64,000 bases of DNA from Felis catus. Its lineage: Eukaryota. Location of the stretch: positions 13,580,001 to 13,644,000 of the forward strand of contig NC_058383.1 in assembly GCF_018350175.1 (NCBI RefSeq), read 5' to 3'. The position numbers were made by a program, and so were the translations under genes. Below, piece by piece: positions 10,321 through 21,395 of the stretch; positions within the stretch are counted from its first letter, which is position 1, and every line of letters starts with the position of its first letter. Below the pieces are notes generated by a model. It was given only the letters and a program-made list of their open reading frames with translations. It was not told the origin of the DNA and did no database searches.

Positions 10321-13300
10321 GCCCCGTGGCCATGTGTGAAAGAGAATAGGATGTGCTTTGCAAGAGCTGGTTGCCATTTTGGTGCAGACGAAGAGCTTCG
10401 GGGCTTTGTTATCTGCTCATCTGGCTTTGGCTTCCTCAAGACTGCAAGCTCCCTCCCCCTTTCTAGAACCCAGACCAGCTGGGCCAACCCTGTGCGGTTC
10501 TACCCCCGCCTGGGCCCCGGCCCCGCCTGCTCTCTCATTTGTAGTTTCTCTCACCGAGCACATTTCTAAAGGAGGACCGCTGCTCCGCTTTAAGGACATA
10601 CGAATGGCTTGCCCTCACCTGTCAAGCATGATCCTTGTATTTTACCAGGCCCATTATGAACGCAATCTTTCTGTCGAAAATTTGCATACCTCCTTTCTTG
10701 AAAAGTAATGACAGCAATTTCTTTCCCTCCGCTCACTTTCTGAGTGTCTCATTTAACGGCACCTGTGAAACCGACAGGCGCAGAGATGAGAAGTGAAAGA
10801 GAGCAGTTGATTAAATCATCATCAAGCCGGGCCTCAGAAAGTCAATTCTGCTTGCCGTCTGCAATGATATCCTTTTATCTTAAAGTAATGAGCTATGGCA
10901 CTTTTGCATCGGGTAATGCGATAAGTTCTATTAGCATGTTCCATTTGCCTCACAAGCAAGGGCAAGTCATTTTAGCTAGCTCATATCACTGCAATCAAAG
11001 CAATTGGCTTCCCAGGCAGAGAAGAAAGGGAAAAGGCTCAGGGTGATTTCTATGGATCACAACACAGCGGAAAAAATAGACTCTTGTATTATTTTAACCC
11101 GTAACATGCTTTTCCTTTTTACTCATCAGCAAATTGGGGTTTTATTAGCTCACACAGGACTCTGAAAAGAACCAAGGTTTAGTTGAAGCAAACCCAGGGG
11201 GCTCAGGCCCCACCCAAAGGAACAAGCAGCTGTGATCTGGAAAGGGAAGATTGCACAGGGGGTCACAAATATAATACTGCCAGCGAATGTAGCTGAGAAG
11301 GTCTCCCTGGTAATAATACTGTGGTCTCGTAATAAACTCTTACTTCACACCATCTTCAAAGTCATTTGTAATAGGTCCCCAGGCAGGTACGGATTAATGC
11401 TATTGATGACTTAGAATCAGTAAATCAATGGCAAAGAGGCAAAGGATCTGTTGCTTAAGCTTAAAAGAGATCGTTTACAAATCACCCGGCCCTAGACTGT
11501 CAGTTTTACCTTTGGACAAGAAACTCATTTTTCTCATGTTGGCAACCACTGAGGCTTGTGGGCTCTGGGCTTTAAGTAAATTTCATCTTTGGGGTTTATG
11601 TATGTTTATACTTGGCAAAGTGTGACTTCCTTTCTTCTTAAAGGGGAAAAAAATGCTGAACTCCAAAGATTTGTGAAATACCCACTTCTTCCACATCCAA
11701 AAGCCCAACAATATTTTAATGAGCTAGCTGGAAATTTACAACATACAGATTGTTTTATGAAATATACCTGGATTTGAAAGTGACAAAAAGGACCAAAAAG
11801 GAAAAAAAACAAAAACAAAAACCATGTTGAATATTAAGTCGTGACCTTTAGAACTTCAGATTTGGACAGCTTGATTTCTGGCTGTGTATTTGTCCTTCTA
11901 ATGAGTGGTCAGAATGAACCTAGAACACCATAGGCACTTTAAACGTATTTGTTGAATGAAAATGTGTGATCATCTGAGAGACCCTGGAGGGGGATCAGAA
12001 GTGTTCCGCTAGCCCCCTCAGATCACGTTGGCCGTTTGAGTCCTGGCCCATTCAAGCTGAGAACTTGCAAAAATGCCAGGTTCTGAGAACTCCCCATAGG
12101 AATAACAGGTCACCAGTACAGAATTCCAGAAGCTTCTGAAGATTTGCTCTCCTCTCTACCTCCTGCACAGTTAAAGATGGGTAGACCTTACATTATTTTC
12201 TAATGTGCTCTTTTTGTGACTGTCAGAAGCTTTATTCTCATCTTTTAAGTTACTGTTTGGCAAACAAATGTTTCAATTACGCTTTCGCTTTTGTAGAGCT
12301 ATTTTATTTGATTGGGTATAGTTGTTGTTGAGGCGGAAAGGAAGAGGGCCAGTGGCATCGTTTTACAATCAGTAAGAATACCGTAAACCATCTTCAGGAT
12401 GAAAATATTCTTTTTTATTTCAAGGTCCCCAATAGCTTTAAATTTCACTTAAAGCCCAAAGTCGATAGGAGAGCGGTGTAAACATTGTGAAACGAGGGCT
12501 TTGTGAGGTGACGGAAGACAGACAACATCAGAGTTGCCGTACGCGGCACAGAATGACTGCGTGTTTTTGCATGTAGAATTGCAGGGATGGGAAGATGATG
12601 GTGGGCATGTTTCTAGTCACTGTGCTGCTAGTGTACTTCTTTAAATAAAAAAAATAAGCGTCATGTTTTCTCTAGGTGGCTTCTTCTGAAATTGCTTTTA
12701 GGTGAGGGATGTCTTTACAGTCTTAGATAAACCGCCTGCCCCAAAGGGAAATCGATTTGTTTTGTCACCAGCAAAGTTAAATTGTACTTGATGTTAGATG
12801 CCGTAGTTTACAAGTTGGGGTTCTCCCTCATTTTCCTCTTATTTCCTTTAGGCAGAAAGAAGAATAAAATAACTTTGTTCAGTGATGGTGTTCAGCCCTG
12901 ACATCTTTGGTGGCAATGATAAATGGATTTGAGATACGAAATAACTGTTCCAGCAAGGTCCATTGAGCAGAATAGAGAGCAATGCCCTCCTCAATGTCAT
13001 TGTATGTGATATATTCAATGATTGCCACTTTCTGCTTAAGAATGCATTCCATCACGAGGTACCTAGAATTCCATCTTGTTCCTTCATTCCGAATGAGGCG
13101 GAGAGATGTCGCGGACCTTGACTTATTTCGATTTGGATCAGCGTCTTAAAACACAGATATTGAGATTCCCAAATGGAAATGAGAAATGTTTGCTTTTGAG
13201 GAAGTACAATAAAATCATAATCATGTCTTGTCTGGGCCTTTTGATGGAAGGTATTTCCTTCTTGGCCCCAACTCTAGCCTCTGCTAATGATTTTAACACT

Positions 13301-13810
13301 GCCCCCTGTGCTCAAACATACACCCCGCTGAATTAAGCAGTGGAGTTAGTCATTATTTCCTGTACCTTCTTTCTTTGGAATTACTTGTTTTTTCAAAATC
13401 ATAGTTTCTTATGTAACCTGGAATCAGCCACTGTTTGAAGAATTCTAAAGAAGAATGAGGTGAACTTATCAATGTGAGCACCTTTCATGTCCCAAGACAC
13501 TATCTCTTACCTACTCAGAGCTAACTCTGTAGTACGGATGTGTCTTGTGGCAAACAGTGAAAATATAATTTTGTAAGAGATGGCGACAGAACAATTAATT
13601 CTAAGAAGAGTACTGTAATTCTAAGAATTCCTAATTCATATTAGAAGATTCTAAGGGAACTGGGTTTGCAAAGGCAAATTAAATATTTTTAGGTAGGAAC
13701 TTGGAGAACCAGAATTCCAGGTGGAGGGAACTGAAAAGTGCAAAGATAATAAATCCTGAGGGTGTGACCAGTTGTGCCCGAGTGTGGCAACAACAAAGGG
13801 TGTGTTAAGA

Positions 13811-13956
13811 TAGTGCTACTCCAAGTGTGGGTGCAGACCCAGGCCATGCCCTGAGTTCTTGGTTAACCGTCGACTGGGGGATCGGCGTGGCAGCTGAGAA
13901 TAAGCATTTGGAAACTTTTATAGCAATTCAGTAATTTCATATCCCTTAAATCTAAT

Positions 13957-14006
<50 letters not shown>

Positions 14007-14135
14007 ATGTCTTTGCTTTTCTTTTTCATGTTCCTAGCAATTTATTTTTTATTATATTCTACGATGTATTGGAAATTAAAGAAAACAAAACAAAAACAAA
14101 TGGTCCTTCTCCGCAGAAAGCTTAATATGCACCGT
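13811..14135. mobile_element. hAT/Charlie-type MER fossil containing an (AC)20 repeat
   Basis: Terminus tagtgctactccaagtgtgg resembles hAT-Charlie ends (CAGTGCTACTCAAAGTGTGG). Confidence 0.5.
13961..14000. repeat. (AC)20 microsatellite
   Basis: Perfect dinucleotide run. Confidence 0.98.
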
Positions 14136-14409
14136 GCTGGAGGAGTGGCTGGGTGTCGGGAGTCGGAGGCTCTGTGAAGAGTTTTCCTTGCCGCAGGAAG
14201 TGTCCAGACTCTTCGCTGAGACTGCACGTGCAACATACCAAGAAGATAATGGGAGTGGGATAGATAAGAAGATAATACCAGTGGGAGAGGGGCAGACTTG
14301 GGGCAAGCAAACGAGGGCGAGTCTGGATTTAGGTGGATGCTCGGGTCTGAGGTGTTTGCAGGGCTTCGGAAAGGGGATGTAGCAAGCAAAAACGTACTTT
14401 AGTAACAGT

Positions 14410-14600
14410 TAGCACTTACTGCCTACGCCAACTCTGTGCCGTGTGTTGTCTGAACCATTTACATGTGTTCACTTGTTCTCTTCTCCCCTTCCTTTGGGGG
14501 AAATGCCATTAGTACCCACATTTTACAGATAAGTAAACTGAGATGCAGAGAATTGAAATGATTCTCCCAGAGTCACATAGCTGGCAGGTGGTGGGCATAG
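14410..14600 (-). mobile_element. MIR
   Basis: ttttacagataagtaaactgagatgcagag...cccagagtcacatagctgg. Confidence 0.8.
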
Positions 14601-14891
14601 AGATGTTTTAGTCTCAATATATAAATGGTAGACGGAACTAGGGGACTCTAAAGGCTCTCCAGGAAATCACAGAGAAACAGTAGAACTGCAGATTCAACTC
14701 TGGGGGGACAGTGAAATTAAGGGATATGCAGAGAAGGAAGAGCCATGAGGAGATACTAGGGAAGAGCAGTATTGGTGAATGTGTACAAGGGGAAAATGCC
14801 AATATGTTCAGTCGAAACAATCCGAATAGCAGCACGAGGGAATTTCCTTACTAGGTTATTTACAATCCATACAGTGGATTGCAGCGCAACC

Positions 14892-14894
<3 letters not shown>

Positions 14895-14933
<39 letters not shown>

Positions 14934-15112
14934 TTATTTTTAGGTTTATTTATTTATTTATGGGGGCGGGGAGGGACAGAGAGAGAGGGAGAGAGAGTCC
15001 CCAGCGGGCTCTGTGCAGTCAGCATGGGGCTCGACCGCACAAACTGCGAGATCACCACCTGAGCCGAAATCAAGAGTCAGATGCTTAACCGACTGAGCCA
15101 TCCAGCTGCCCC
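14895..15112 (-). mobile_element. Can-SINE whose tail contains an (AC)17 microsatellite
   Basis: SINE body about 14935-15112; TSD gcagcgca(a/g)ccttt at 14881-14894 and 15113-15126. Confidence 0.9.
14896..14930. repeat. (AC)17 microsatellite
   Basis: Perfect dinucleotide run. Confidence 0.98.
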
Positions 15113-17499
15113 GCAGCGCAGCCTTTAAAAAAAAAAAAAAAAAAAAAGTGATGTGACAGGGTAAATTTGCCTCATTGAACAAAATATTTGACACATTATG
15201 TGAAAACAAAGAAGGGTACAAGTAGTAGGAATTCATTTTCATTTCTTCACATGTGTATGCGAAGGATGGAGGAAAGACTGGAAAGAATTCTACAGACGTA
15301 TTAGCTGTTTACCTACGGGCAGCAGGTTCGTGGGTGATTTTTAAATTCTGTTCAATAAAATATGCATTAATTTGTAAAAGGAGAAAATACTGGGTGGGTG
15401 GGTGCGTGGGTGGGTTGAAGTGTTTAAAGGGTGGGACTTAGTGCAAAAGGGAGAGTTGCCCCCAGAAGACTCACTTCTAATTTGTGAAACCAGAGGGAAC
15501 AGATGGTGAAGTTGAGCCAGTCACCGGAAGTGCTGTGCTCAGGCACTAGGCCCTTTCTGAGTTCTGCCTTTGAGGCATGTGGCTTGGATTTCATGCTCCT
15601 GTCTCCCTCTTTTGTCTGTGCGGGTTTGGCTCACATGTGTGTCTGAAGGCTCAGTGACCAAGAATTCTCTCCCATCTGGGGGGTAAGGCCCCCTTGTTCC
15701 TTTTCATTTCTTGCTTTTAAAACGGAGGAAAATATTTCCAGCGTTTCACAAAGGGCTTTGAAGTCCAGTCATGGGGAGTACTCTGTCACCTCAAGCTGGT
15801 TGTTAGCGTGCAACCTGTTTGCTAATAAACCAATGCGGGACCCTGGTGTCAAAATGCTTAAAATGGTCAAATCAGCGGGGACTCTGTTTCTGCATTCGAC
15901 ATGCCTTTCCCATTTTCCAGCCTCATGCAGAACATACACCTGAATCAGGAGGTGGCTCGGCGTGAACTCTTGTAAATTGGAGTGGGTATCTAGGGATTGG
16001 GGAGCAGACACTTCTTCTTTTAACCTTTCAAGACCAGGAATCATTTGGCCCCAAATCCACAATGTACTGAACCTGGGGTGTAAAAGCCGTACAGTGTATT
16101 AAATGTGAATTTGAGCCCATGAATTCTGCCCACACTGACTCTATAAAACAGCCTCTCCTTTTCATAAAGCCGGCCCATAAACGGCTGCCAGCGAAGCAGA
16201 AAGACTCCTTAGGACTGTGGCTCGCGTTCCGTCTGGGGTTGTCAACAAACCCCCTTTATGAGTGGAATAGACCTCTTGTATGTGTCGAACTTCTGGCTTT
16301 TTACAGAGTGTGTCAGGAGCCAGGCTAGGCAAGCGTTAGGCGCTGTTTGCTGAGTGCATTTATTGCCTTTGCATAATTTATGAGCTGGAGGGGTTGACCA
16401 TCATCCGTCTCTGCCAGGGGCTGGCACTCGAGGCTCCGGAGAGCGGAGCTGTAAATTGGATGGTGCGCTCCTGCTGAGCTCACGGCAAAGTCCTCGGGTC
16501 AGTATGGGAATTTAATACCAGAAATGGAACTGTTTTCTCAGCGCACCATGTGGGCCCCAGTGCAGCAGAGACTGTTTTGGCAGACTCTGCGACCGGCCTT
16601 GTCGAGGAGCTGTCACTCACCCGGCATGTTGTGTGGGGAGCCTGAGCATTTTTAATCGGCTTGGCATCCGTGCTGCTTCCATAATGGATACCAGTAGGTC
16701 TCAGTTCTTCACCATATGCTTAACTCTGGAGACAAGGTGCTTCTGGGTATATCAGTAATTACTTGATGCAGAATTAAGTGGACCTTGAAATTAGAACTGG
16801 ACTGTTGGAAAGCAGAAAGCTTAACACTTTGATAGAAATAACCATTCCCAGGGACATACCGCTGTTAGGATCGGTAGGGGTGGGGGCTGGGCACGGACAG
16901 CGGTAGTTCTTTTCCAGGCTCCCCACTCCTCCTTCCCCCTGCACACCAGTCCTTGGGGACATGGGCAAGTGCCATGCCACAGCCTTCAGCTGTCACCAAT
17001 TGCCTCGCGAGGCGAGCTGGGATCATCTGGGGAGAGGAGTCTGCCTGGCAAAATACGCTTCTCTCTTCCACGCCCTCCTGAATGATGCCTTGTCACTCTT
17101 GAAATTGCGCCCGTAACTTAGGAACCCCAACGAAAGCCTAAGCAAAGGCAATGGAAAAGTCACACAATCAGGAGAACAGAACCTCATCTGTCTGTTGTTC
17201 TAGGCCTTCAAAGTCTTCATCTAGCCTCTCTTGACTTATCAGAATAGAGAAATTACTCATCAGGCAAAAGGAAGTTTAGACCTTCTCAGTTTGGAAGCCT
17301 GGTTGAAGTCAGTGCAGTCGTACTTGGTTAAAGCACAGTCACTAAAACTCTGATAACCCTATGGCATTGAGGAGCCGGCGAGGACAGTGAAAGGTTAGAG
17401 CCCTCCAGTCTGTAAGTTTGTGCTGTGAGTTCCTAAATACCTACAGTAGAGAGTGTAAGCTACAAAGAGGAAGCAGTCCCCAAGTTATGTCTTATAATA

Positions 17500-18000
17500 G
17501 CACACTGTCCATTCGGATGGAGTTTTTGTTACTTTCAATGGAAAGCACTCTAATGGTGGTTTTTAAACAATAAGGTAACTTATTGTTACCTGAACAAAAA
17601 TGTCCAGAGGCAGGCTGCTCTTAGGTTGGTTCAAGTGGCCCCATTGTGCCAGGCCATTTCTTGGCCCCACTCTCTTGTTTTAGTACTTAGGCTTTTTGCC
17701 TCATTTTTGCAAAGTCGCTACCACAGATCCAGACGTCACATCCTCGTTCAGTCATGTTCAGAGGCAAGAGGCAAGTGCTTCTTGCTTTTCTTCTTTTTTG
17801 AGGAGAAAAAAATTTTTTCAGAACCCTCAGCAGACATTTCCTCAAGTCTCAGCCAACGGTGTGTTTTATGGCCACCTTAGCTATAAGCAAAGTTGGAAAA
17901 GAGAGACTATCTGGCCTTTTCAGTCTCAAAATGTCAGAAGCTACAGACTAGGGGACAGGGGCTTGCAAATGACTATGGGTATCTAGCCAGTAGTGACTGC
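17500..18000 (-). mobile_element. Old MLT1-like LTR remnant
   Basis: aacaaaaatgtccagaggcaggc...cagacgtcacatcc...cagcagacatttcctcaagtctca...tggccaccttagctataag. Confidence 0.6.
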
Positions 18001-18039
18001 TGTATGGGCAAATTTATTTTCTGTTTCTGTTCATAGCTA

Positions 18040-18480
18040 CATCAACTCCCATGTCCAGGTGGCCACACTAAAAACCTTGGCATCATCCGAGACTCGTCCC
18101 TCTTCCTTGCTTCTCGCATCCATGTGTTACCACGTCCTATTGGTTCTGCCTTCAGAACTACTCGGCCATCTGTTCCTCCCTTTCTTAAACCATGCGTCAT
18201 GCTGGTTTAGACAGTGTTGTAAGGGTTGCCAAACTGGTCACCTGTGACCAATGTCTTCTTCCCAACCCCAGCTCATGGTCTCTCCTCTGCCCTGTGGGAA
18301 GAGTCATCCTAATGGACTATAGCTCTCATCACACAACACCTCTGCTCAGTGTTAGTGTTATAGCTTTCCCTCTGCTGCTAAACTGAAAGCTACCTTAGGG
18401 CCAGTCCTGCGTCCTGCTTGGTTGAGTATCTGTCTGGCTTAGCAGTGCTCATCAAGGACTTTTGAGTGAATGAATGAATA
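18040..18480 (+). mobile_element. L2 3' fragment
   Basis: Ends with the typical L2 terminus ...tggcttagcagtgctca...ttgagtgaatgaatgaat. Confidence 0.6.
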
Positions 18481-19314
18481 TTTTTATCCGTTGCACATTT
18501 ACTGTGGCAGAATACATCCCCCCCCCTTTTGAAATCAAATGGGTAACAAACACTCTTGGTTTAAAAAGAAAATGTGGTTTTCTTTTTTCCCCCTTTGCCT
18601 CTAATGAAGAAGCCCAAGTTTTGAGTTAACTCTCGTTCTTTGCTTATCCCAAACTTAGCTGACCAGTTGGAATTTGGGGTCAGTTAGCTACAATGTGACT
18701 CTACTGTCTTAAAACAGATTTCTTTGCCCATATTGCTGATTTATTTCCATGACCTCTTCTTATCATTGGTGTGTTTTTTATAGGGAATATTCCCTCTTTT
18801 CTCTGGGCCTCTAAGCCACAGAAAAGGCAGCCATCACAAACTGGTGAGCTCTGCCCACTGTGTTTCTTCCAAAGTCCAAATGAGCGAATACGGTGTCTGG
18901 AGACTTACCTCTTTTCCTGTGCAAAAGCACCGGGAGAGATACAACCATTCACATTAGCTGAAGGTAGAAGGTCTCCATTAAGATATCAATTTGCTCCAAA
19001 TCCCAGTGAATGACCTTGATGCACCTTAGTCCTGCGGCCGGATTGGCTCCTTGATGGGCATCCCCTCTCCCGTGCAGTGGGGGTGCTCACCATTGTGATC
19101 CAGCACCTTGCCAGACTGACCACAGGAAGAGGCACAGAGCGCAGGCGTCGAATGAAATCAACAGAGCACCTTCACAGCATTTCGCTTCTGATTCTGTTTA
19201 TCATCGTTTGAACTGAAGAAACTCTGTACAGCTTAGGCAGCATTTTTTTATTTCCTCTATTTGTCTTTCTTCTTTTTTTTTCTGTATCAAAAATAAAAAT
19301 CTACTCAATTGTTT

Positions 19315-19347
19315 CACTAACCCTTATTCTCTTATCTTTCTTTTCAG
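19315..19347 (+). promoter_or_regulatory. Branch point (CACTAAC, branch A about 19320), polypyrimidine tract and 3' splice site of the AUTS2 exon
   Basis: cactaac at 19315-19321 is near the ideal TACTAAC; a pyrimidine tract follows, then CAG at 19345-19347; no AG from 19241 to 19345. Confidence 0.8.
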
Positions 19348-19377
19348 TGTGACAGCGACAGTGACCAGGAAGAGAAG
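19348..19377 (+). CDS. AUTS2: AUTS2 internal 30-nt coding exon (exon 5 in human numbering), phase 0/0, encodes CDSDSDQEEK
   Basis: ...cttatctttcttttcag|TGT GAC AGC GAC AGT GAC CAG GAA GAG AAG|gtaaga. Canonical acceptor and donor. Peptide matches recalled human AUTS2 segment GYF-CDSDSDQEEK-ASD. Absent from the ORF track because it is too short. Confidence 0.93.
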
Positions 19378-21244
19378 GTAAGATCCCCCCGCCCCGCCCC
19401 ACCATTGTGGGCAGAGTCGAGCACCGTGGTTCTCGCGCACGGTCACAGGGTGGTGGGATACCAGCCTGCTATGGACCGTACCTTTTCTGCAAAGACCAGC
19501 TTTATTTACACAGCGATGTTTCCTGTGATAAGAAATAATGTATTTCATATGTGAGGCCCACTTTTTTTAAACACACCCATTAATATTGGATATATCGTCA
19601 TCAGGTTTTCACTTTTACAGATTTTAAAAGAGGAAACCATTTTAATAGCCATCTGATTTTTCTTTTTGAATCCTTGATTAGAACATTAAACTTGCTAGCC
19701 TGCATTTGTAATGTCATTTCTTCATTTCTTTTACTGACCTCTATGCTTCTTCTCGCCTTACTGTACATATTGGCCTTCTTGATGGAAATGTGAACGGTGT
19801 GTTTCTCGGAATCTTACCGTGGGACGAGGGGTGGGCAGGGCAAGGCAGGTGGGAACTATCTTCCCGCCCAGGTGGGCGGCCAGGTGGGAGGGCGGTTCTT
19901 CCCGCAGGTACCCGCTCTGTGTGGAGGCTGATGGCCACCAGCCTCTGTGCGTCCAGTTCAACATGGATCCGGAAAAGGAGCTCAGTTGTTGAGCTTTCAG
20001 AAGATTGGATCACAGCCCGGTAAAGTGAACTTTCTGTGCTTGAAGCAAAGGGATTATTTGTCCGTTTGGTCTTTCTTTCTAGCTGTCCCCACCCCTCAGT
20101 CAAATTTCTTGCTAATTTCATTCCTCCCTTATGAACCTCATCAAGAGTTACCCGAACGTCACGGTTTCTATATTGCTCGGCCTCAGAGGGATGGGACCTC
20201 CCCGGTTTCCGGGTCTGTCCTGTGGAGCTGGCGTTCTTGAGCCCCATTCTGTGCCTTTCACCTCCTATGTGCCTGTGGATTTCACTCAGAATCCCGCAGT
20301 TCGTGTTTGGCGGGATCTTCCCAACAGGCCCAGAATTTTCCCTCCTTCTCTGCTGCCAGCCTCCAAGAGAGATCTAAAGGCTCTGGTTCTGTACTGTCGT
20401 TAATTTGAATTCAGCATATGTAGCCTGTTATAAAATGCGAGACATCATCATTTGAGCAGGTCAAGCATATTCAGATGAAGACAAATGGTGCTTATTTGAT
20501 TTCCTTAAAATCAGGAAATGAAAAAAGTGCTCTCTGGAGAAATCATGTTCTGCCTGACTTGGATGATAGACCAATGCATGTCCCCTAGATAAGAACAGGC
20601 TCTCGCCTTGAGGTTTTTATCTCTGAAGGACGGCCAGGACTGTCAGCTTGCTGACATGTGCATTATCCATGTCATTTTAAACAAAGTGACCTATGGAAGG
20701 GTGCGCTGTGCTGTGACATGGTAATGGGCTGTTGGATGACAGTGAAAGTACACACTGCGAAGGGGGCTGTGGATTATTCTTTTGTTTAACTGACAAGTAG
20801 GAGCTTCCTTCCTCCAGCCCCTGGGAGTCTCAGCTCCTTGCAAGCCGGGCCCCTGGTGTCTCAGGCAACCGGCGTGCAGTGGGTGCCAGAGGCGCGTGGG
20901 CAGCAGTAGAGGCTCAGTGTCCGAGGCGCGTCCGCTGGTCCTGGAGCCATCCCGGCCACATTCCCACCTGGCAGTCGTCACGTCGTTCTGTCGGGCGTCA
21001 CAGGCACTAGAGAGGGATTGGTGCTTTCTGGCCGTTCCGGGGGATCTTTTACAGGTGACGGTTGATCTCTCTTTTCAAGCCGGTGGCACTTCTCCAAGAG
21101 GATGAGCCTTGTTCTGGATTTCACATCCAAGGGGACATTCTTTCTTTAAAAGACAGTGTGGCATCCCAAAGTGTCACTGGTCCCCAGCAGTGGGAGAAGG
21201 TGATAAAGTTTGTCCGGTGTTGCATCGCATGCAGGTGTCTGGGT

Positions 21245-21395
21245 CAGCGGTCTCAACCTTGAATGCACATCCGAATCATCCGGGCGGGGTGGGGGGGGGG
21301 GGGAGTTGTAAAAATCCTGATGCCTGGGCCTCATCCCAGGCCACTTACCTCAGAATCTCTGGAGGTGCCTAGCAGTACTTGTCCAGATGATCACC
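21245..21395. mobile_element. MER5A-like hAT fossil
   Basis: cagcggtctcaaccttgaatgcacatccgaatca...aaaaatcctgatgcctgggcctcatccca...tcagaatctctggagg. Confidence 0.75.

Larger units (their letters stand above)
1..19347 (+). other. AUTS2: 3' part of the AUTS2 intron upstream of the 30-nt exon (intron 4)
   Basis: Inferred from exon identity; no other AUTS2 exon recognised; AUTS2 has very large introns in this part of the gene. Confidence 0.8.

Noticed and set aside
16885..16905. REST/NRSE site (cacggacagcg), plus half-sites at 21962 and about 52173
   Set aside because: Only isolated half-sites; no canonical 21-bp element with correct spacing.
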